Origin: an uncultured Oscillospiraceae bacterium | GTDB lineage: Bacteria > Bacillota > Clostridia > Oscillospirales > JAAYXM01 | NCBI GenBank assembly: GCA_934646115.1 | Contig: CAKUEM010000005.1 | Span: 3,514 to 67,513, forward strand | Direction of reading: 5' to 3' | DNA: 64,000 nt | Shown: piece after piece, positions 20,408-29,801 of the stretch | How the letters are laid out: every line of letters begins with the position of its first letter | Numbering within the stretch: position 1 is the stretch's first letter | Notes under the pieces: model-generated | Seen by the model: the letters and a program-made list of their open reading frames with translations, nothing else | What the model was told of the DNA's origin: nothing | Database searches by the model: none | Program-made: the position numbers and the translations under genes

Positions 20408-21208
20408 TTACGCATGGCGCGGCTCAGACACCTCGCCATAGAACATCGCGGTCAGCATAGTGAGCACATAGCTTTGGATCAGCGCGTGCAGCAGCGTGAA
20501 CAGCACGCCCACGATGACCGGCAGCACGAAGCTGAGATTGACATAATAATACACCAGCTCGGTCACGAGCAGACCGCTGAGCAGCGCACCGAACAGACGG
20601 AAGCTCATGGAGATCGGCAGCGAGAATTTCTTCAGCGCGCCGCCCGCGCCGGCAAGACCATTGTTGCACACGCCGCCCGCAAAAATAAATAAATAAGACA
20701 GGCAGCCGAGCGCAATGGCTGCGTTTACGTCTGACAGCGGGGCCGGCAGCGTGATCGCATGACCGGCAGTCGTCATCACCTGAACGCCGAACAGCTCGAA
20801 GCAGGTCCCCACGAAGATATAAACGCCCGCGGCGAAAATATACGCGCCCAGCACGCGGTTATGACGTGGGCTACTGTTCTTCGCCATCCGGTCAAACATC
20901 CCGACCAGCTCTTCGATCAGAAGCTGAAACCGCCCCGGTATGTACCGAAACCGCGGAATCGCAAAGATCCGCACCAGCGCGGCGGTCACCAAAAGCAGCC
21001 CGCTGACCAGCATGGCGGAGATCAGCCCGGGGTTCACGTCCTTCCAGCCGAACATGCTGACCCGGTTGCTCTCATGCAGCACCGCGTCACGCATCGTCTC
21101 CTGCACGCTTTCCGGTCGAACGGACGGCGCGCCGACTAAAATCGACGCCGCGAGCAGCAGAGCGATGAGCACGAGCCACACGATCAGCCCCCTCTTATGC
21201 TCCTTCAT
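20408..21208 (-). CDS. atpB: Fo ATP synthase a subunit
   Basis: 266 aa polytopic protein. SLPISMSFRLFGALLSG carries the conserved Arg, and there is a C-terminal LLHALIQSYVLTMLT helix. Confidence 0.88.
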   Translation of the reverse strand: MKEHKRGLIVWLVLIALLLAASILVGAPSVRPESVQETMRDAVLHESNRVSMFGWKDVNPGLISAMLVSGLLLVTAALVRIFAIPRFRYIPGRFQLLIEELVGMFDRMAKNSSPRHNRVLGAYIFAAGVYIFVGTCFELFGVQVMTTAGHAITLPAPLSDVNAAIALGCLSYLFIFAGGVCNNGLAGAGGALKKFSLPISMSFRLFGALLSGLLVTELVYYYVNLSFVLPVIVGVLFTLLHALIQSYVLTMLTAMFYGEVSEPRHA

Positions 21209-21322
21209 TCGGTTTCATCTCTCTTCCTCCTTCAAAATCGCGCATGTCTGCGCCTGTGCGTCGCTGCGCGGCAAAGCGTTTTCGCCGCGGGCTGGTCACA
21301 CTTGATTTCTATAATCAATCGT

Positions 21323-21351
21323 ATTATACTAACCTTATAAGAAGATGTAAA
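21323..21351 (-). promoter_or_regulatory. Candidate sigmaA promoter of the atp operon (TTTACA-17-TATAAT)
   Basis: On the minus strand: TTTACA (21346-21351), a 17-nt spacer, TATAAT (21323-21328). Confidence 0.5.
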
Positions 21352-21411
21352 AAGTATTTTTGAGATAGCAGCCATATTATTTTAATATAGTCAAATCGAT
21401 TGGAGGACGCC

Positions 21412-22305
21412 ATGCCCGTTACCTATGATTATTATCGCATTTTTTATCATGTAGTGCAATGCCGCAGCTTCACGCGCGCGGCGGAGGCGCTGCATAACAA
21501 CCAGCCGAATATCACGCGCTGCATGAATAATTTAGAGCAAGAGCTGGGCTGCAAGCTGTTTGTGCGCTCAAACCGCGGGATCTCGCTCACGCCGGAGGGT
21601 AAGCGGCTGTATCGCCGGGTTTCGGTTGCTTTTGAGCAGCTTCAGCTTGGCGAAGACGAGATCCGCCGCGATTGCAGTCTTGACACAGGCACGATCTCGA
21701 TCGCGGCGAGCGAAAACCCGATGCATCTGCTGCTTTTGGAAAAGCTCTCCGGCTTTCATCACAGCTATCCCGGCGTGAAGCTGCGCATCATGAACGCTTC
21801 CTCGCCGCAGGCGGTGGTCGCGCTGCAGCGCGGGCAGGTGGACTGCGCGGTCATCACCACGCCGGCAAGCCAAACGCCGTCATTGCGGGTCACGCCGCTG
21901 GTGTCGTTTCGCGATGTGCTGCTCTGCGGAACGGAATATCGCGCGCTGGCAGAGCGCCCGCGCCGCCTGCGCGAGCTTGCCAACTGCTCGTTTATCTGCC
22001 TGGGCAGCGGGACGAGCACCTATGATTTCTACCAGCGGCTGTTCACGCGGCATAAGCTTCCGTTTCGCGTGGATCTCGAGGCGGCAACGACAACGCAGGT
22101 GCTCTCTATGGTGCGCTATAATCTGGGCGTTGCCTTCTATCCGGAAACAATGGCGCAGGCGGCGCTTGCGCGCGGCGAGGTTCTGCATGTTCCGCTGATC
22201 GAGCCGATCGCCGAGCGCACAGTCTGCCTTGTGGAAGACGCGGTGCATCCGCAAAGCGTTGCAATGAAAGCGCTGCGGCGGCATCTCTGCAAGGATCTTT
22301 CTTAA
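21412..22305 (+). CDS. LysR-family transcriptional regulator
   Basis: YDYYRIFYHVVQCRSFTRAAEALHNNQPNITRCMNNLEQELGCKLFVRSNRGISLTPEG. ATG at 21412 after GGAGG. Divergent from the atp operon. Confidence 0.88.
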   Translation: MPVTYDYYRIFYHVVQCRSFTRAAEALHNNQPNITRCMNNLEQELGCKLFVRSNRGISLTPEGKRLYRRVSVAFEQLQLGEDEIRRDCSLDTGTISIAASENPMHLLLLEKLSGFHHSYPGVKLRIMNASSPQAVVALQRGQVDCAVITTPASQTPSLRVTPLVSFRDVLLCGTEYRALAERPRRLRELANCSFICLGSGTSTYDFYQRLFTRHKLPFRVDLEAATTTQVLSMVRYNLGVAFYPETMAQAALARGEVLHVPLIEPIAERTVCLVEDAVHPQSVAMKALRRHLCKDLS

Positions 22306-22306
22306 T

Positions 22307-22350
22307 AAAATAAAGGCGGCAGTCCTGTTCCGGGCTGCCGTCTTATTTTA
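22307..22350. terminator. Bidirectional terminator between the LysR gene and the Fe-ADH-like gene
   Basis: Core stem cggcag/ctgccg, extended by flanking pairs. A/T runs on both sides. Confidence 0.65.
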
Positions 22351-23433
22351 TTATGCGTGTTCGCGATGATATTCCTCCAGCGCCAAAATCGCGCTGCAGA
22401 TCATATCCTCGGTCACTTCATAAGGATATTTGCGCACGTCGATCCCGGCGAGCGCTTTTTTTGCGACCGCGCCGATCTGCTCCGGCTTTACATCCAGATC
22501 CGCAAGGCAGGTGGGCAGCCCGATCGAGCGACTGAAGCGGAACAGACGGTCGCGCTCCTCCCACTGCTTATCGACCGTGAGCAGCACCAAAATGCCGTAA
22601 GAGACGATCTCGCCATGCAGATGGTGGTTTTCTTCGATCTCGGGCAGCACGGTAAACCCGTTATACACCGCATGCGCAAGCCCGGTCGTATAATCCACCT
22701 GCACGAAGTTAGAGACCAGCCCTGTGGAAACGATGATCGCCAAAATCACCTCGCCCAGCTCATAGCTCGCGCGGTTTTCGTCGCACGCGGCAAGCGCCGC
22801 TTTCCCCCAGCGGATCACCGGCGTTGCGCACATACTGCTCAGCGCGATACCCATTGCGTCGGAATGGCTCGGCACATCGCCGCGCGAGGACACGGTGCAT
22901 TCAAAATGCTTTGCCATCGTGTCGCCAATGCCCGCCCACAGATACTGCCGCGGCGCCTCTGCGATCACCTGCGTGTTGATAAAAATATGATTGGGCGGGA
23001 TTTTTGAAAACGAATACTCGCGCAGCGAGCCGTCCGGATGATATAAAATTCCAAGACTTGTGCAGGACGCGCAGGTGGATGCGATCGTCGGGAACGTGAA
23101 GAACGGGCGCTCCAGCCGATGCGCCGTGACTTTGACGGTATCGATCGCCTTGCCGCCGCCGACCGCGAACAGCATGTCCGCCGCGCGCACCTCCGGTCGC
23201 TCAAGCAGCGCTTCAATATTCTCAACGCTCGCCTCGCCGCCATACCAGAACGTGGCTGTAATCGTGATTTTCGAGTCGGCGCACGCGGCGCGGATCTTGT
23301 CCTCCGCCGCGGCAAGCGCGCGTTTTCCGCCGATCATGACCGCCGTTTTTCCATATTGTTCACACACAGCCGGGATATCCTGATACGCATCTTCGCCGAT
23401 GGTATAGCCCGGAAACATCGTCTTTTGCATCAT
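22351..23433 (-). CDS. Glycerol-dehydrogenase-like iron/zinc-containing alcohol dehydrogenase family protein
   Basis: AVGGGKAIDTVK, TIASTCASCT, GIGDTMAKHFE and HHLHGEIVSYGILV metal-site motifs. The ATG at 23433 overlaps the upstream stop (ATGA). Confidence 0.75.
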   Translation of the reverse strand: MMQKTMFPGYTIGEDAYQDIPAVCEQYGKTAVMIGGKRALAAAEDKIRAACADSKITITATFWYGGEASVENIEALLERPEVRAADMLFAVGGGKAIDTVKVTAHRLERPFFTFPTIASTCASCTSLGILYHPDGSLREYSFSKIPPNHIFINTQVIAEAPRQYLWAGIGDTMAKHFECTVSSRGDVPSHSDAMGIALSSMCATPVIRWGKAALAACDENRASYELGEVILAIIVSTGLVSNFVQVDYTTGLAHAVYNGFTVLPEIEENHHLHGEIVSYGILVLLTVDKQWEERDRLFRFSRSIGLPTCLADLDVKPEQIGAVAKKALAGIDVRKYPYEVTEDMICSAILALEEYHREHA

Positions 23434-24608
23434 TTTTCCTCCTCTTTTGCGTCCATCCGCTCGCAATCCGGATACTCTTTGATGTATTTGCGGTTTTTAT
23501 ACACGCCGACCGTGAGGAACGGGATAATGATGATCGCGATGGCGAGATAGCCGCAATAGCCATAGCCGTATTTGATGATGTTCGTCAGCCCGCAGAGCGA
23601 GACCGTCATGGCGAGGATCATAATAAACGCAGAGACGATCGCGCTGCGCACCGGCGCATTTTTAATTTTCTTAAAGATCGAGAGCTTCTCAAACCGCGCA
23701 ACGAAGCCAAACACCGTGGTCACGCCGGTCGAGATCAGGCAGAGCAGCAGGCAGATCGAATACACCACGGTGAGCCACGGCATACCTAAGCCCTCTTTGC
23801 AGATCGTAAGCGTCGGGATCGTGGTGCCGCCCTCGACCGCGGTGAACAAGAACTGCCAGCCGGTCAGCATAATGACCGAGAGCGCAAGCGAGACCGCATT
23901 GAGCCAAAAGGCGATGCGCATCGCCTTTGCGCAGGATTTCTTTGTATGCAGCGGCGTTCCGCATACGATCATCGTCGGGATCACGACGCACTGGAAGCCC
24001 GCATAGCAAAACGCCTGCAAAATCGCCTTCGGTGCATTGAAAAACCCGGTCTCTGCAAAGCTTGCGCGGAACGTTTCCGCCAAATTCGGCGCGCGCACGA
24101 TGCCGATAATAAAAATCGTAAGCGCAGTGGCCAAAATTCCAAGCCCCATCACGGTGGACGCACGGCGCACCAGCCCCGCGCCAAAGATCGTTAAAAACAG
24201 CACGATGATGCCGACGATCACGATCCCGATATAATAATTCAAGCCGAATAATGACGTCAGCGTGGAAGCCGCCGTTGCGATCGCCGCGCCGACCGCCATG
24301 ATCACCATGATATAGAAGAAAATTTCAAACAGCCATTCCAGCTTATCAAACGGGTGATACAGCGTTTCAAACAGCTCTTTATATGAATGAAGCCGCCGCG
24401 TGTTATACATCAGCATCGCCTCGCGGATCGTCATCGTGAAGAGCAGCATGGCGAGCAGGCAGGTAAAAACGCCGACCCAGCCGAAGCCGGAGAAGTTTTG
24501 AAACGCCTGATTGCCAGACGCAAACCCGCCGCCCGCATGCGAGCTAAACAGCACGGCGCCGACAGAAAAACACACGAAAAAAGGCACCTTGGACATCTTC
24601 TTTTCCAT
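23430..24608 (-). CDS. YkvI-like polytopic membrane protein (putative permease)
   Basis: About 392 aa from MEKKMSKVPFF (AGGGGA RBS). Reads SSHAGGGFASGNQAFQNF near the N-terminus. About 11-12 hydrophobic segments. Confidence 0.6.
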   Translation of the reverse strand: MEKKMSKVPFFVCFSVGAVLFSSHAGGGFASGNQAFQNFSGFGWVGVFTCLLAMLLFTMTIREAMLMYNTRRLHSYKELFETLYHPFDKLEWLFEIFFYIMVIMAVGAAIATAASTLTSLFGLNYYIGIVIVGIIVLFLTIFGAGLVRRASTVMGLGILATALTIFIIGIVRAPNLAETFRASFAETGFFNAPKAILQAFCYAGFQCVVIPTMIVCGTPLHTKKSCAKAMRIAFWLNAVSLALSVIMLTGWQFLFTAVEGGTTIPTLTICKEGLGMPWLTVVYSICLLLCLISTGVTTVFGFVARFEKLSIFKKIKNAPVRSAIVSAFIMILAMTVSLCGLTNIIKYGYGYCGYLAIAIIIIPFLTVGVYKNRKYIKEYPDCERMDAKEEEK

Positions 24609-24611
24609 TTC

Positions 24612-24900
24612 TTTGTTCCCCTTTCTATAGAAAACGGTTACAAAGAGACGAAAAGAAACTTCCGCGGTACCACTCTTTTTCACTTTATATAAAGTGCTCT
24701 CAAATCAACACCGGCGCGCTGCGCGAGTGTCTGGCAATGGTAACGGCTGCCGCCCCGAACGCGCATACTGAAGAAGCCCTGTTCCGCGCGCCTGCTCCAA
24801 GAGGAGTTTCAGGCATGCCGTCATGTTATCTTGCACCAACCGATAACTCTCTGCGATCACCGCAATGCCCTACTGATTCTTATCTAAGCATTTTTTATTT
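24612..24900 (-). promoter_or_regulatory. T-box riboswitch leader
   Basis: The minus strand carries, in the canonical order: S-turn AGTA, AG-bulge GCAGAGAG (about 24847-24854), distal loop GGTGCAA (24831-24837), specifier-loop GAA ACU CC (about 24801-24810), F-box CCGTTA (24741-24746), and T-box AAAAAGAGTGGTACCGCGGA (24661-24680). Confidence 0.88.
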
Positions 24901-24906
24901 TTTTCT

Positions 24907-24934
24907 ATTATAATCGTTTTTCGCGCAATGTCAA
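24907..24934 (-). promoter_or_regulatory. Consensus sigmaA promoter driving the T-box leader (TTGACA-16-TATAAT)
   Basis: Minus strand: TTGACA (24929-24934), a 16-nt spacer, TATAAT (24907-24912). Confidence 0.65.
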
Positions 24935-24955
24935 GCTTTTCGGCAAAAAAATTTT

Positions 24956-24972
24956 TTTACATATATTTTACA
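24956..24972 (+). promoter_or_regulatory. Pho-box-like direct repeat TTTACA-N5-TTTACA upstream of pstS
   Basis: TTTACA at 24956-24961 and 24967-24972, an 11-bp period matching the Firmicute PhoP half-site TT(A/T/C)ACA. TATACT at 25004-25009 is a possible -10 element. Confidence 0.5.
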
Positions 24973-25043
24973 AAGCGCATATTTTAGCAATACAAACGCG
25001 CGATATACTAAGCGCAACGAAACGAAAAAGGAGCGTGAACCTG

Positions 25044-25940
25044 ATGAAAAAATTAGGATTATCCATGGGATGTGCAGTGCTTGCGGCGCTGCTTTTCGCG
25101 AGCTGCGGAAACGGCGCGCAAAACAACGCGGCCGAGACGGGCGAAAGCTTTGACCAGACGGCAATGATCACCGTTGTCTCGCGTGAGGCAAGCTCCGGCA
25201 CGCGCGGCGCGTTTGACGAGCTGATGCACGTGGTCGTAAAAGACGGCGACAATGAAACGGACAACCTGTTCCCGGAGGCGATCATCGTAGATTCGACCGA
25301 CGCGGTGGTCTCTAAAGTGGAGGTCGATCCGAGCGCGATCGGCTACACCTCGCTCGGCGCTGTAAACTCGAGCGTGAAGGCGGTCAAGGTAGACGGCGTT
25401 TCCGCAACGGTGGAAAACGTGCTCAACGACACCTACAAGATCAAGCGCCCGTTCGTGCTTGCGCTTCCGAAAAACAGCCAGAACCCGATCGCGGCAGACT
25501 TTATCCAGTTTGTTCTGTCCTCTGACGGGCAGGCGATCGCAGAGCATACCAGCCTGATCAAGGCGGCAGCGAGCGATACGGCATACACGCCGAAGAAGCT
25601 TTCCGGCAAGTTAACGCTTTCCGGCTCGACCTCGGTGGAAAAAGTGATGGAGAAGCTGCGCGAGGAATACATCAAATTAAACCCGGATGTGCAGGTCGAG
25701 ATCACCTATTCCGGCTCGGGCGCGGGCATTAAGGACGCGATTGCGGGCAAGGTGGATATCGCAATGTCCTCCCGCGCGCTCAAGGATGAAGAGAAAACCT
25801 CGCTGGACGAAAACGTCTTCGCGCTGGATGCGATCGCCGTAATCGTGAACGCCGAGAACCCGATCGACGCGCTCACCTCCGAGCAGATCACCAATATCTT
25901 CACCGGCATCACCCGCACTTGGGCGGACGCCGCGAAGTAA
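25044..25940 (+). CDS. pstS: Phosphate-binding lipoprotein PstS (sequence order permuted relative to canonical PstS)
   Basis: Signal peptide with lipobox ..LLFASC. All PstS hallmarks are present, but VVSREASSGTRGAFDE..SAIGYTSLG..VDGV..Y..RPF comes before LSGSTSVEKV..YSGSGAGIKD..DIAMSSRAL..ITNIFTG. Confidence 0.85.
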   Translation: MKKLGLSMGCAVLAALLFASCGNGAQNNAAETGESFDQTAMITVVSREASSGTRGAFDELMHVVVKDGDNETDNLFPEAIIVDSTDAVVSKVEVDPSAIGYTSLGAVNSSVKAVKVDGVSATVENVLNDTYKIKRPFVLALPKNSQNPIAADFIQFVLSSDGQAIAEHTSLIKAAASDTAYTPKKLSGKLTLSGSTSVEKVMEKLREEYIKLNPDVQVEITYSGSGAGIKDAIAGKVDIAMSSRALKDEEKTSLDENVFALDAIAVIVNAENPIDALTSEQITNIFTGITRTWADAAK

Positions 25941-25943
25941 CCC

Positions 25944-26810
25944 ATGAAAAAGAAAATATTAGACCGTGGCAGCCGCGCACTGTTTTTACTGTGCGCGTGC
26001 CTGTCTATCGGGGCGGTTTTACTCATTTGCTGGTTTATTTTTTATAATTCTATTCCGGCGCTCTCAAAAATCGGCGTGCTCAATTTTATCGGCACGACCG
26101 AATGGAAGCCGAACAACTCCCCGCAGAAATTCGGCATTTTATATATGCTGCTCGGCAGCGTGTACGTCACGGCAGGCGCGATTTTGATCGGCGTTCCGCT
26201 CGGCGTGCTGGCGGCGGTGTTTCTCGCCAAATTCTGCCCGCGGCGCATTTACCCGCTTCTGTCGCAGGGGGTCGCGCTGCTCGCAGGCATCCCATCGATC
26301 ATTTACGGATTTTTCGGCATGATGGTGCTGGTTCCCTGGATCCGCACGCACATCGGCGGCAACGGAAACAGCATTCTCGCCGCGTCCATTGTGCTCGGCA
26401 TCATGATCCTGCCAACGATCATCACGATCTCGGAAAACGCCATCCGCGCCGTGCCGCGCGCGACGTATGAGGGCGCGCTTGCGCTGGGTGCAACGCGTGA
26501 GGGCGGCGTGTTCCGCACGGTGCTGCCCGCCGCAAGAAGCGGCATCGTGACCGCGATTATTTTAGGCATCGGGCGCGCGATCGGCGAAACGATGGCGGTC
26601 GTTATGGTCGCGGGGAATTCCAACATCCTTCCGGTCGACCTGCTCAAGCCGGTGCGCACACTGACGGCAAATATCGTGCTGGAAATGGGCTATGCCAGCG
26701 GTCTGCACTATGACGCGCTGATCGCGACCGGCGCGGTGCTGTTCGTTCTGATCCTGCTGCTGAATCTTTGCCTGAACCTGGTATCCCGGAAAAGTGGGGT
26801 GAGCTCATGA
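25944..26810 (+). CDS. pstC: Phosphate ABC transporter permease PstC
   Basis: 288 aa with six TM segments. EAA-like loop ..ALGATREGGVFRTVLPAARSGI. Confidence 0.9.
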   Translation: MKKKILDRGSRALFLLCACLSIGAVLLICWFIFYNSIPALSKIGVLNFIGTTEWKPNNSPQKFGILYMLLGSVYVTAGAILIGVPLGVLAAVFLAKFCPRRIYPLLSQGVALLAGIPSIIYGFFGMMVLVPWIRTHIGGNGNSILAASIVLGIMILPTIITISENAIRAVPRATYEGALALGATREGGVFRTVLPAARSGIVTAIILGIGRAIGETMAVVMVAGNSNILPVDLLKPVRTLTANIVLEMGYASGLHYDALIATGAVLFVLILLLNLCLNLVSRKSGVSS

Positions 26811-27676
26811 AACGTTATCTGGAAGAGCTGCGCATTTACCGACGGCATCCCGGCTCGCTTGTGCTCAATTTGCTCACAAAGCTTGCCATGCTTACGGTCA
26901 CGGCAGCGCTCGTTTGCATCTTTGGCTATATCCTGATCAACGGGCTTCCGCATCTGAGCTGGGACTTGGTATTCGGCGCGTATTCGTCTGAAAACCCGTC
27001 CATGCTGTTTTCGATCGTCACCACGCTGATCTTAGTGGCGCTTTCGCTGCTGCTCGCCGTGCCGATCGGCGTGTGCGCCGCCATTTATCTCACGGAATAT
27101 GCCCGGCAGGAGAGCCGGCTTATCCGCCTGATCCGGCTATGCACCGAAACGCTGGCCGGCGTGCCCTCCATTATTTACGGGCTGTTCGGCGCGCTGTTCT
27201 TCGGCACGACGCTGGGGCTTGGCTATTCGATCCTGACCGGCGTGTTCACCGTGTCGATCATGATCCTGCCGGTCATCATCCGCAGCACGGAGGAAGCGAT
27301 TCGCGCCGTTCCGCAGAGCTACCGCGAGGGCAGCTTTGGGCTTGGCGCAACGCGGCTGCGCACCGTGCTGAAAATCATCCTCCCCTCGGCGGCAAGCGGT
27401 ATTTTCTCCGCCGTGATCCTCGGCGTGGGGCGTATCGTCGGCGAAACCGCCGCCTTGATCTTCACGCTCGGCACGGTGGCAAAAATGCCGGGCAGCCTGC
27501 TCGACAGCTCGCGCACGCTTGCCATTCATATGTATATCGCCACGCGTGACGGCGGCATGGCGGGGCGCAACACCGCGTTTGCGACCGGCGTGATTTTAAT
27601 TGTGTTTGTGCTGCTGCTCAATTTGCTCAGCAGCTATCTTTCTAAAAAATCCAGAGGTGATCATGTTGAAAATTGA
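26807..27676 (+). CDS. pstA: Phosphate ABC transporter permease PstA
   Basis: The ATG at 26807 overlaps the pstC stop. ..[25 protein letters not shown].. Confidence 0.9.
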   Translation: MKRYLEELRIYRRHPGSLVLNLLTKLAMLTVTAALVCIFGYILINGLPHLSWDLVFGAYSSENPSMLFSIVTTLILVALSLLLAVPIGVCAAIYLTEYARQESRLIRLIRLCTETLAGVPSIIYGLFGALFFGTTLGLGYSILTGVFTVSIMILPVIIRSTEEAIRAVPQSYREGSFGLGATRLRTVLKIILPSAASGIFSAVILGVGRIVGETAALIFTLGTVAKMPGSLLDSSRTLAIHMYIATRDGGMAGRNTAFATGVILIVFVLLLNLLSSYLSKKSRGDHVEN

Positions 27677-28412
27677 CATTCGCGATGTAGATTTATATTA
27701 CGGAACATTCCACGCGCTGAAAAATATCAACCTCGGCATTGCGGAGCATGAGATCACCGCATTTATCGGTCCGTCCGGCTGCGGAAAATCCACGCTGCTC
27801 AAGAGCTTAAACCGCATGAACGACCTGATCGAAAACTGCAAGATCACCGGGACGATCACGCTGGACGGCGCGGATATCTATAAGGGCTTTGACGTAAACG
27901 ACCTGCGCCGCCGCGTGGGCATGGTGTTCCAGAAGCCGAACCCCTTCCCGATGAGTATTTACGATAACATCGCCTTCGGCCCGCGCACGCACGGCATTCG
28001 CCGCCGCGCGCAGCTTGACGAGATCGTTGAGCGCAGTTTGCGCGGCGCGGCGATTTGGGACGAGGTGCATGACCGCCTGCGCAAAAGCGCGCTCTCACTT
28101 TCCGGCGGACAGCAGCAGCGGCTTTGCATCGCGCGGGCGCTTGCGGTCGAGCCGGAGGTTTTGCTGCTTGACGAGCCGACCTCCGCATTAGACCCGATCT
28201 CCACGACGAAAATCGAAGACCTGCTCACCGAATTAAAAGAGCAATACACAATCGCGATCGTCACGCATAATATGCAGCAGGCGGCGCGTATTTCCGATAA
28301 AACCGCGTTTTTCCTACATGGCGAGGTCGTTGAATTTGCAAAAACGATCGATTTATTCTCCATGCCGCAGGATAAGCGCACGGAAGATTATATTACCGGG
28401 CGGTTTGGATAA
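27663..28412 (+). CDS. pstB: Phosphate ABC transporter ATPase PstB
   Basis: [14 protein letters not shown].., [44 protein letters not shown]. Confidence 0.95.
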   Translation: MLKIDIRDVDLYYGTFHALKNINLGIAEHEITAFIGPSGCGKSTLLKSLNRMNDLIENCKITGTITLDGADIYKGFDVNDLRRRVGMVFQKPNPFPMSIYDNIAFGPRTHGIRRRAQLDEIVERSLRGAAIWDEVHDRLRKSALSLSGGQQQRLCIARALAVEPEVLLLDEPTSALDPISTTKIEDLLTELKEQYTIAIVTHNMQQAARISDKTAFFLHGEVVEFAKTIDLFSMPQDKRTEDYITGRFG

Positions 28413-28422
28413 GGAGGAGCGT

Positions 28423-29079
28423 ATGAGAAACCGATTTGAGCATGCCATGGAAGAGCTGAAGGAAGACTTAATTGAGATGAGCGGCATTATCGAAACCACG
28501 ATCACGCAGGCGATGCGCGCGCTCGCGGCAAGCGATTTTGACCTTGCGCGGCAAATTGCGCAAAGCGACGACTATGCCGACCAGCTGGAGCTTACTATCG
28601 AGCGGCGCGCCCTGCGCATTCTGCTCTCGCAGCAGCCGGTCGCGAGCGATCTGCGCACGATCTCGACCGCATTTAAAATGATCACGGATATGGAGCGCAT
28701 CTGCGACCAGGCGGCGGATGTGGCGGAGATCGTTTTGAACTTCGAGGGCGTGGAAATGATAAAAAAACCGACGCACCTGGTGAAAATGGCCGAACATTGT
28801 GTTATAATGACAACAAAGGCGATCGATTCGTTCGTCACATCCGATCTGGCGCTCGCGCAGAAGGCGATCGCTTATGACGATGTGATCGACGATCTGTTTT
28901 CTGAAATCCGCGGCGAGCTGGTTGAAATGATCTCAAAAGATCCCGGCTGCGGCGCGCAGGCGGTCGATTTCCTTTTGATCGCGAAGTATTTAGAGCGCAT
29001 TGGCGACCATGCGCAAAATATTGCGGAGTGGTGCATTTTCAGCATGACCGGTGAGCATAAGAGCCAGCGGGTGCTGTGA
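28423..29079 (+). CDS. phoU: Phosphate signalling regulator PhoU
   Basis: 218 aa from MRNRFEHAMEEL (AGGAGG RBS). Two PhoU repeats with the D..A..I and ERIGDHAQNIAE motifs. Confidence 0.9.
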   Translation: MRNRFEHAMEELKEDLIEMSGIIETTITQAMRALAASDFDLARQIAQSDDYADQLELTIERRALRILLSQQPVASDLRTISTAFKMITDMERICDQAADVAEIVLNFEGVEMIKKPTHLVKMAEHCVIMTTKAIDSFVTSDLALAQKAIAYDDVIDDLFSEIRGELVEMISKDPGCGAQAVDFLLIAKYLERIGDHAQNIAEWCIFSMTGEHKSQRVL

Positions 29080-29108
29080 TCCCCTCCGCCGCACGGAGGC
29101 GATTGAAT

Positions 29109-29792
29109 ATGGCGCGCATCATGATTGTTGAGGACGACGAAAATATCGCGGAGCTGATCTCCGCCAGCGTGAAAACGATCGGGCATGAGGCGCAAACGGT
29201 GGGGAGCGCATCTGCGCTGTTTTCACTGCTGCCCAAGCTTCGTCCGGATTTGATTTTGCTGGATATCATGCTGCCGGATCTCAGCGGGCTTGACATCCTG
29301 CGAAAGCTCAAGGCAAACGCCGCCACGCAGGATATTCCGGTCATTTTCCTGACCGCGAAGGGCAGCGAGGCGGATAAAGTGACCGGACTTGAGCTGGGCG
29401 CGGAGGATTATATCACAAAGCCGTTCGGCGTGCTTGAGCTGCTCGCGCGCATTAAAGCCGCGCTGCGCCGCACCGCGCCCCGGCAGGACATCGCGCGGGC
29501 AAAAGATCTCACGATCGATTTTGCAAGCCGCGAGGTGTCGCTTGCGGGAGAGCCGGTTCGCCTGACGCACAAGGAATTTGAGCTTTTAGAGTATCTGTTT
29601 CGCAACAGCGGGACGGTGCTCAGCCGCGAAAAGCTGCTCGACGCGGTATGGGGCTTTGAGTTTTCCGGCGATACGACCCGCACCGTTGACATGCACATCC
29701 GAACCCTGCGCCAGAAGCTGCATGACAGCGCGGAAACCCCACGCTATATCGCAACCGTGCGCGGATATGGCTATAAATTCCTGCGCGAGTAG
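29109..29792 (+). CDS. OmpR-family response regulator (PhoB/PhoP-like)
   Basis: MARIMIVEDDENIAE..DLILLDIMLPDLSG..LTAKG.. receiver domain plus winged helix ..LTHKEFELLEYL..VDMHIRTLRQKL..TVRGYGYKF. Confidence 0.9.
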   Translation: MARIMIVEDDENIAELISASVKTIGHEAQTVGSASALFSLLPKLRPDLILLDIMLPDLSGLDILRKLKANAATQDIPVIFLTAKGSEADKVTGLELGAEDYITKPFGVLELLARIKAALRRTAPRQDIARAKDLTIDFASREVSLAGEPVRLTHKEFELLEYLFRNSGTVLSREKLLDAVWGFEFSGDTTRTVDMHIRTLRQKLHDSAETPRYIATVRGYGYKFLRE

Positions 29793-29801
29793 GAGGCAGT
29801 T

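Noticed and set aside
24641-24680. Assigning a specific terminator or antiterminator pair to the T-box leader.
   Set aside because: I could not find a convincing GC-rich helix plus U-run overlapping the T-box 3' half. Only weak aaagag/ctcttt pairing is present. The expression platform is left open rather than invented.
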